Assembly: GCA_965368245.1 (NCBI GenBank)
Contig: CBDUMD010000005.1
Location: forward strand, 9,876-73,875
Direction of reading: 5' to 3'
DNA from: an uncultured Thermoproteales archaeon
GTDB taxonomy: Archaea; Thermoproteota; Thermoprotei; Thermofilales; B20-G17
Length of the DNA stretch: 64,000 bases
This document shows positions 58,142-64,000 of this stretch, piece after piece; position 1 is the stretch's first letter; each line of letters starts with the position of its first letter. Position numbers and translations under genes: made by a program. Under the pieces are notes generated by a model. That model saw only the letters and a program-made list of their open reading frames with translations, was not told where the DNA came from and did not search any database.

Positions 58142-58930
58142 TTATTTTACCTCTTTTCGCCCAGCCTCCTCAACAGTCACGTTATTTCTTATAATATTCC
58201 ATACTTCTTTTGGATTTGGAGCATACAATCTTACTTTAAATGATCCGGTTGAAGCCATCATTGTCATCCCTGATTGAAGCGGATGTCTCTCGAATTCGAG
58301 TTCTAGGAAGCGTCTTGACGAATTTATCTTATAGTTCTTTACTTTAAGTGGAAAGGATAACGGCAATCTGTCCTCTAGTATAATTCCACGGGAAGTTACG
58401 ATGTAGCTTGAGGGAACCATTAGAGAGGGGGTTGGACCCCCCTTCGAGTACTTTCCAAGAAAACGGAAGCCGACAAAGGACAACAGGAAGAAGAGCGTGT
58501 AAAGCAGCTGGTATTGGATGAAGTTTAGCATAATGACGTTTTCTTTTCCTACGATTCCTTCAGCAATGTATGCTATGTAGCTTCGTAGGCTTTGGTTTGA
58601 AAAGAGAAAGATGAAGAAGGATAACAACAGGAGGTAGCCAATCTGGTATTTAGCCTGCCCACCCATCTCTTTTTCGTAACCTCTATCCCTTGCTCTAAGT
58701 TTTGCTATAGTTTCCTTTCTAGCCCTGAACAGGACCTCGGCATCCATCAGCTCCTCTAATTCACGTAGAATTTTTCGTGCACTTTTTCCGGTGAAAAATA
58801 CTACAACAACCATTATTGCAATAAAATATACTATGAAAAACATTCCGCTGTACTGTGGAACAAACGACGAAACTATAACAAACACTTCTAATAGGACAAT
58901 GTTGAGAACATACTGCATTATCTTACTCAT
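58142..58930 (-). CDS. Membrane protein (DUF2208-like)
   Basis: 4 TM helices plus C-terminal PH-like beta region (YIVTSRGII, RRFLEL, VRLYAPNP). Confidence 0.6.
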   Translation of the reverse strand: MSKIMQYVLNIVLLEVFVIVSSFVPQYSGMFFIVYFIAIMVVVVFFTGKSARKILRELEELMDAEVLFRARKETIAKLRARDRGYEKEMGGQAKYQIGYLLLLSFFIFLFSNQSLRSYIAYIAEGIVGKENVIMLNFIQYQLLYTLFFLLSFVGFRFLGKYSKGGPTPSLMVPSSYIVTSRGIILEDRLPLSFPLKVKNYKINSSRRFLELEFERHPLQSGMTMMASTGSFKVRLYAPNPKEVWNIIRNNVTVEEAGRKEVK

Positions 58931-58994
58931 TTCACTCTACCACATTTAATTTCCAAAGCTTATTCATATCTATTCCGTATAACCTTCTTTCAGT

Positions 58995-61841
58995 CTAATC
59001 CCAGAACGCCCTCGTCCTGAAGTATTCTCTTTCCGCCTTTATGACGCCTTTAATTAATTCATCCTCCGACGCCGCCTTCGATAAAATCCGTGTAGCTGTA
59101 GTTGGCCCTATACCTCTCCCCGCTAGAACAAAAACCGCTCTTCTACCGTAGCTTGCAACGAGGCTTGCTGTACGAGCAACACGTTCCAAAAGGGCTTTCT
59201 CCTCCTTTTTAAGTCTTACCCCTCTTTTCCTTTTCCTTAGCACTTTAAGTTTCGCCTCCAGATCGCCTGGATAAACTACGGCTAAAAGCACGGAGCCGCA
59301 TTTGATGCATCGCGGTCTCTCCTCCACCTCTTTTACTTTAACTGTTCGTGTGGCAAGACAATGCATGCAAACAAGTGTAAGAGAAGTGTTCAACAGTCTT
59401 TCCTTGACGATGTTTTTGAGGTGCATTGAGGAAGTAAGATCAAACGTTGTATCGTACCTTGAACCTGCCTTTAAAATAGGTTCGGAAAAAGGAGAATGAA
59501 CTCCTTCTTCGAAATCGGCTTTCACCGTAATCAGTTGAAGCCTCTTTTTCTTAAGTTTTTCAGCGAACTCGATAAACCCCCTCAGGTCGATTTTTTCCAC
59601 TAATATTTCTTTTAAAGCCTCCTCTGCCACCGGCGTGCCCTCAAAGGCTTTAAGCAATGCTGGCGACACCCTAACCCTTTTCCCTTTACTTATTACTCCA
59701 AACCTCTTCGCAACCTGTATTAAACGTGACCTATACATGAATGACCCTTTTATAGCGTTTATCAATCCATTCTCTAAATCCGATAGAGGCGTGTCTAAAA
59801 GAAGTGAAGTGACATGCCTGGAATCGAGTTTTACGCTGGATAACAGTAGAACCCGGTAGGGATCCATTGTATATGTAACCCGGGCACCTAATTTTCGCGA
59901 AAGACTATAGGAGAGAAACAAGCCTAAAGCCGTATTTATCTTAGTTCCGAGACAAGCGTGAACTATGAGAGCTCTTCCCCCCTCCTCTAAAACAACAGTT
60001 CTATCGTCCGGGATAGGATACCCCTTCTCTAGAACCTTTTTTATGAACTTAAGGAGCGACTCAAAGAGATTTTTCGATGCAGGATACTCCGAAAGTATTT
60101 TACCGTAGCTGTATTTTCCCTCAACCACCATTTTAAGTCGTCTTCGAAGAGACCCCACCTCTCTTGCAACCTTAAAGGTAACTGGAATTAGTTCACCTTC
60201 CCATGCTGGAAGTGCACCAAGATAAGATGGTGCTGGAGTTACGTTGACTATGCCCTTCTCCTCATCTATATTTACGACACTCCATACTTTTCCAGCAAGT
60301 ATAAATCTGTATCCCTCTTCACAGCGTAGTGAAACAAAATCCTCGTCAAGTTCACCTATAAACTTCATTGCAGAAATATCTCTCACCTTATATTTACTTA
60401 CATCAGGTATCATCGACACGTTTTCATAGTAATATTGTATAGACCCCCTTCTAGCCCTGATGTGATCTCCCCTTACAGAGAGAAAACCTATTTGAGCTAG
60501 AAACTCCACCACCTTCTTTAGTTCCCCTAGGGTGAGCTCCCCATAGGCGTGGCTGTGTAGGACTTTTTCATAGATTTCGCTAAAACTTACTTCCCTTCGT
60601 TCCAAAACCATGCCCACGATTTGATGTGCCAAAACATCATAGGGTTTCCAATGGTATTCAAGCTCCTCTATCTCGCCCTTCATTGCACGTCGAGCCAATA
60701 CGAGAGATTCAAGTATATCGTCGAAATCGACCGCTATTACAGCCCCTTTAGCTTCCCTAGTCAAGTGGTGTCCTGACCGACCTATCCTCTGAACCAGTTT
60801 AACTGCCTGACGAGGCGACATATATTGCACGACAAAATCAACGTGCCCTATGTCTATCCCAAGCTCCATGGATGAAGTGCATACAAGAGCCCTTATACGG
60901 CTGTTTTTGAACTCCCTTTCCGCCTCAAGCCTCTTGTCCCTTGACAGTGATCCATGATGCACTTTAACTTCATCACCATAGAAAAGAGCCAACCTTAAGC
61001 CTAGCGCTTCAGCGGTGTCACGTGTGTTGGTGAATATTAGTAGACTTCCATATTTATCCAGATATTTTTTTATTTTGCCTATTCTTCTTGCAACCTCGAC
61101 GGTTAAGTGTTCTTCACTATATATTGACGGAGGAACGGTTTCGACATCCCCAGGATCGACAACCTCTATGCTAATACGTCTTTCTACACCAACTTGTATC
61201 GGGATAACAGTTTGGTAGGGGCATAGGAATTCTCTTGCTATGTTCAAGTCGCTTACCGTAGCAGATAAACCTATTCTCTGGAATTTCTTTCTATATGTAA
61301 GAGACCTTAATCGCTCCAGCCCTATGCTTAACTGGACACCCCTCTTGTCGCCTATCAGTTCATGTACTTCATCTATGACAACCCATAGTACCCCTCTGAG
61401 AAGTTCTCTTATTTTTCTTCCTAAGAGAAGTATTTGAAGAGTCTCCGGCGTGGTTATTAAAATATGTGGAGGCTCCCTCACCATTTTCCTTCGCAACGAT
61501 TCAGGGGTATCGCCGTGTCTTATCATTATATCGAAACCTAATCTCTGGGAGAGACTTACCATACGCCAGTAAATGTCTCTATTTAATGCGCGGAGCGGAG
61601 TTATGTAAATAAAGTAGATTAACCCCTTCCGTTTCACCAGATCCCTCTCCAACATCATTGAAAGTATGGGAAAGAAGGCTGTCTCGGTTTTACCGGAACC
61701 TGTTGGAGCTGAAAGAAGTACATGGTATCCTTGAAGTATAAAAGGTATAGCCTTTTTCTGGACAGGGTTCAGGCTCCTGTAACCCTCCTTCTTTAAAGCC
61801 TCCACCAGCCTGGGATGAAGCATTCTAAGACTATCCTGCAT
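58995..61841 (-). CDS. lhr: Lhr-family ATP-dependent helicase
   Basis: APTGSGKT, PLRALNRD, TTPETL, DEVHE, HHGSLS, QRIGRSGH, LAGKVW and PAWEGE; C-terminal Zn ribbon. Confidence 0.93.
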   Translation of the reverse strand: MQDSLRMLHPRLVEALKKEGYRSLNPVQKKAIPFILQGYHVLLSAPTGSGKTETAFFPILSMMLERDLVKRKGLIYFIYITPLRALNRDIYWRMVSLSQRLGFDIMIRHGDTPESLRRKMVREPPHILITTPETLQILLLGRKIRELLRGVLWVVIDEVHELIGDKRGVQLSIGLERLRSLTYRKKFQRIGLSATVSDLNIAREFLCPYQTVIPIQVGVERRISIEVVDPGDVETVPPSIYSEEHLTVEVARRIGKIKKYLDKYGSLLIFTNTRDTAEALGLRLALFYGDEVKVHHGSLSRDKRLEAEREFKNSRIRALVCTSSMELGIDIGHVDFVVQYMSPRQAVKLVQRIGRSGHHLTREAKGAVIAVDFDDILESLVLARRAMKGEIEELEYHWKPYDVLAHQIVGMVLERREVSFSEIYEKVLHSHAYGELTLGELKKVVEFLAQIGFLSVRGDHIRARRGSIQYYYENVSMIPDVSKYKVRDISAMKFIGELDEDFVSLRCEEGYRFILAGKVWSVVNIDEEKGIVNVTPAPSYLGALPAWEGELIPVTFKVAREVGSLRRRLKMVVEGKYSYGKILSEYPASKNLFESLLKFIKKVLEKGYPIPDDRTVVLEEGGRALIVHACLGTKINTALGLFLSYSLSRKLGARVTYTMDPYRVLLLSSVKLDSRHVTSLLLDTPLSDLENGLINAIKGSFMYRSRLIQVAKRFGVISKGKRVRVSPALLKAFEGTPVAEEALKEILVEKIDLRGFIEFAEKLKKKRLQLITVKADFEEGVHSPFSEPILKAGSRYDTTFDLTSSMHLKNIVKERLLNTSLTLVCMHCLATRTVKVKEVEERPRCIKCGSVLLAVVYPGDLEAKLKVLRKRKRGVRLKKEEKALLERVARTASLVASYGRRAVFVLAGRGIGPTTATRILSKAASEDELIKGVIKAEREYFRTRAFWD

Positions 61842-61964
61842 GGGCTTCTAGCTCCTCAACTACTCCACAACCTACATTTAATTTAATAAGCCTAGAGATA
61901 AATTATCTCATGTAATGGTATTAAAAAACATCGGAGCTGATAGACGATAGGGAGGTAGCAAACA

Positions 61965-62381
61965 TTGATAAAAATATTTGGTAGAAAAAAGGAGAAAAAG
62001 GAAGAAAAGAGAAAGGTTACTATACCCCCTATATCAAAAAAGGATCTTCTCTCTGCCCGTCCCGTTAGAAACCCCATGTTGGACTGGGAGGAGAGAGACG
62101 ACGGGACAGTAGTTATATATATTAAGACCCCTCCAAGCAAGGCTGAAAAATTTATCATGGGGCGAGCCTCAGAGGACAAAGTTAAACGAATAGTGTTGGA
62201 TGAGGTAGGAAGCTTTGTATGGACGCTCTGTGACGGCAACCACAGTGTAAATGATATAATAGAGAATTTAAGCGAAAAATATAAGCTTAAAAGGATTGAG
62301 GCCGAAAGATCGCTTTTCGCTTTCCTCAGAATGCTTTCTCAGAGAATGTTGATAGGTTTCCTCGCGGGCGAAAATAAATGA
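61965..62381 (+). CDS. PqqD-family (RRE-like) protein
   Basis: IVLDEVGSFVWTLCDGNHSVNDIIENLSEKY...FLRMLSQRMLI. Confidence 0.82.
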   Translation: MIKIFGRKKEKKEEKRKVTIPPISKKDLLSARPVRNPMLDWEERDDGTVVIYIKTPPSKAEKFIMGRASEDKVKRIVLDEVGSFVWTLCDGNHSVNDIIENLSEKYKLKRIEAERSLFAFLRMLSQRMLIGFLAGENK

Positions 62382-63121
62382 AAGTAGGAGTACGGTTGAG
62401 TTGGAGAGACATATTGGCGAATAGAGATGATTACCGTATATTTTTCGCCGATACACCAGTTCAGATATTTTTCAACAGGTTTAAAGAGTTCGACGATACA
62501 TACCTCATAGATATTTTAAGCGTACTCGACGAAAACTTTAATAACCTTGTTTCCCTCCGCGTTCCACTAGATTCTCATCTCCCCGAAGAACGTCTGGAAG
62601 AAAACCTTGAAAAAGCCGCTTACCTTGCAAGCGAGATAGACGCCGAATACATTTCAATTCCATCTCATAGAAGCCTATTAGAAAATGAAGGCCTATTGAT
62701 TAGGGTACACGACCTTCTAGCCTCCTATAAGGTTAAGCTTTGCCTGGAAAGCGTCAACCTGCTTACCGAGAAAGATGTTTTCACGAAGTTAATGGATTTC
62801 CCACGGGGGGTATTTAAACTATGTTACGATATTGGTAGGAAAGTAGCTGAAGGTTTAGGCGAAAACGAGATGCTTAACGAAATGTACGAGATAATGGGGT
62901 TACTGAAACTAGTTTACATCCCTTCAAGGGAAGACAACAGCCATCTACAGAAAACGAATAGACCCGTTAATATACCATTAATTCTGGAGAAACTGGGAGA
63001 CCACCTTATGGATGTACTCATCATAATCGACACCCCAAAAGCTACAAGGGAAGATTTGATATTCCTTAGGGGAATTGAAGAGAAAATTCTCTCTATTCTC
63101 GAGAAGAGAGCTTTTCTCTAA
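62378..63121 (+). CDS. Diverged sugar-phosphate isomerase/AP-endonuclease-2 TIM-barrel protein
   Basis: LCLES and LCYDIG strands typical of the family; His ligands apparently replaced. Confidence 0.55.
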   Translation: MKVGVRLSWRDILANRDDYRIFFADTPVQIFFNRFKEFDDTYLIDILSVLDENFNNLVSLRVPLDSHLPEERLEENLEKAAYLASEIDAEYISIPSHRSLLENEGLLIRVHDLLASYKVKLCLESVNLLTEKDVFTKLMDFPRGVFKLCYDIGRKVAEGLGENEMLNEMYEIMGLLKLVYIPSREDNSHLQKTNRPVNIPLILEKLGDHLMDVLIIIDTPKATREDLIFLRGIEEKILSILEKRAFL

Positions 63122-63389
63122 TCTTAGCCTCTTGTTCTTTAATGAACTCATCAATGTTCTTAGGTTTCGGCTTAACTATAACCCATCCAATCCATGTTGC
63201 AAAAAATAATACAAATCCTACAATAATGACTATAGGAACCACTATTACCCACCATGTCCATGCTTCGGGATCTCCCAAGTGTACACTAATCCATTTCAAA
63301 AGAGAATAAGTATATGCAGCTCCTATGGTTAGGGAGATGCCCATTATGAGAAAACCAATGTATTTGCTGTTGTCTTTTTTATTCGACAT
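63093..63389 (-). CDS. Small 2-TM membrane protein
   Basis: Two TM helices, WIGW...KPKP; start set at ATG 63389. Confidence 0.65.
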   Translation of the reverse strand: MSNKKDNSKYIGFLIMGISLTIGAAYTYSLLKWISVHLGDPEAWTWWVIVVPIVIIVGFVLFFATWIGWVIVKPKPKNIDEFIKEQEAKIREKLSSRE

Positions 63390-63514
63390 TTTCCCACACC
63401 ATAAACACTGCATAAATAGGTTTGGAATTTAAATATTAATCTACTTAAAGGCGCGGGAGACAATTAACTTTAAAAGGTGACTGGAAATATTTTGGATAGG
63501 AAGATGAATCGAAA

Positions 63515-64000
63515 ATGCTACGTAGACTACTCTATCTTATAGGAGCATACAAAATATACGAGAAATGGCTTACCATGCAGATAAAAGATAAGCCTATACC
63601 CCAACATGTAGCATTAATACTTGATGGAAACAGGAGATGGGCGCGAAAACATGGATTACCCCCGTGGTACGGACATAAAGTTGGAGCAGAAAAACTTAGG
63701 AAGGTTTTAAGGTGGTTACTAGACCTTAATATTAAAACGGTAACAGTGTATGCCCTATCCACGGAAAACCTTAAGAGAGATGGCAAAGAACTCAAAGAAC
63801 TGTTAGGGATATTTGAAGAGTATTTAAAAATAGCGCTTAAAGACAATATCTTCGAGAAATATGGCGTTAAATTTAAAGCGATAGGAAAGATAGAACTTTT
63901 ACCTGAGAACATCAGAAAACTTCTTCTTAAGCTTGAGGCGCTCACAGAAAAAAACGAAGATAGATTTCTAAACCTGGCTGTTGCGTACGGTGGACGTACC
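63515..64000 (+). CDS. uppS: cis-prenyltransferase UppS (3' partial)
   Basis: ATG 63515; IPQHVALILDGNRRWA, GH, YALSTEN and AVAYGGR; runs off the window. Confidence 0.93.
   Translation, partial: MLRRLLYLIGAYKIYEKWLTMQIKDKPIPQHVALILDGNRRWARKHGLPPWYGHKVGAEKLRKVLRWLLDLNIKTVTVYALSTENLKRDGKELKELLGIFEEYLKIALKDNIFEKYGVKFKAIGKIELLPENIRKLLLKLEALTEKNEDRFLNLAVAYGGRT

Noticed and set aside
49483-61841. radA, udg, Hrq1-like and Lhr helicases as a defence island
   Set aside because: All are common archaeal repair genes in mixed orientations, interspersed with housekeeping genes
1-64000. CRISPR array, cas genes, integrase or provirus at either tRNA, rRNA genes
   Set aside because: No regularly spaced repeats, cas or integrase motifs, tRNA 3' duplications or rRNA signatures were seen

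Overview
Gene-dense archaeal chromosome segment. The archaeal RadA, P1-type L12, BHB-intron tRNA, BRE/TATA promoters and frequent TTG/GTG starts point to Thermoproteota, probably Thermofilales/Thermoproteales (inference). It holds about 60 mostly housekeeping CDSs: ino1/PadR, surE, nucleotide-sugar and glycosylation genes, hypDCEF, an NAD kinase-HTH fusion, a NikR operon, a core-MetE plus corrinoid-activator pair, asnS, radA, aconitase X pair, UDG, Hrq1/MrfA-like and Lhr helicases, aglH-like, rpl12 and partial uppS. There are two tRNAs (Glu-CTC; Thr-CGT with an 18-nt intron). The most notable signal is intergenic. Three 260-310 bp protein-less miniature elements (2393-2653, 49158-49464, 53110-53373) have IS607-like ends, periodic subterminal repeats, an internal TATA box and a GC-rich structured RNA core running to the right end, as expected for omegaRNA-only relics of tnpB elements. 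Two are homologous, and a ~35-bp segment inside their right-end hairpin is flipped in one relative to the other. Also seen: an unexplained ~175-nt structured element next to the NAD kinase-HTH gene, a solo IS200/IS605 right end, tandem PadR-type operators, a NikR-type operator before a non-NikM ECF-like S component, and a perfect 33-bp palindrome. All product calls come from motif recognition only; no database search was run.
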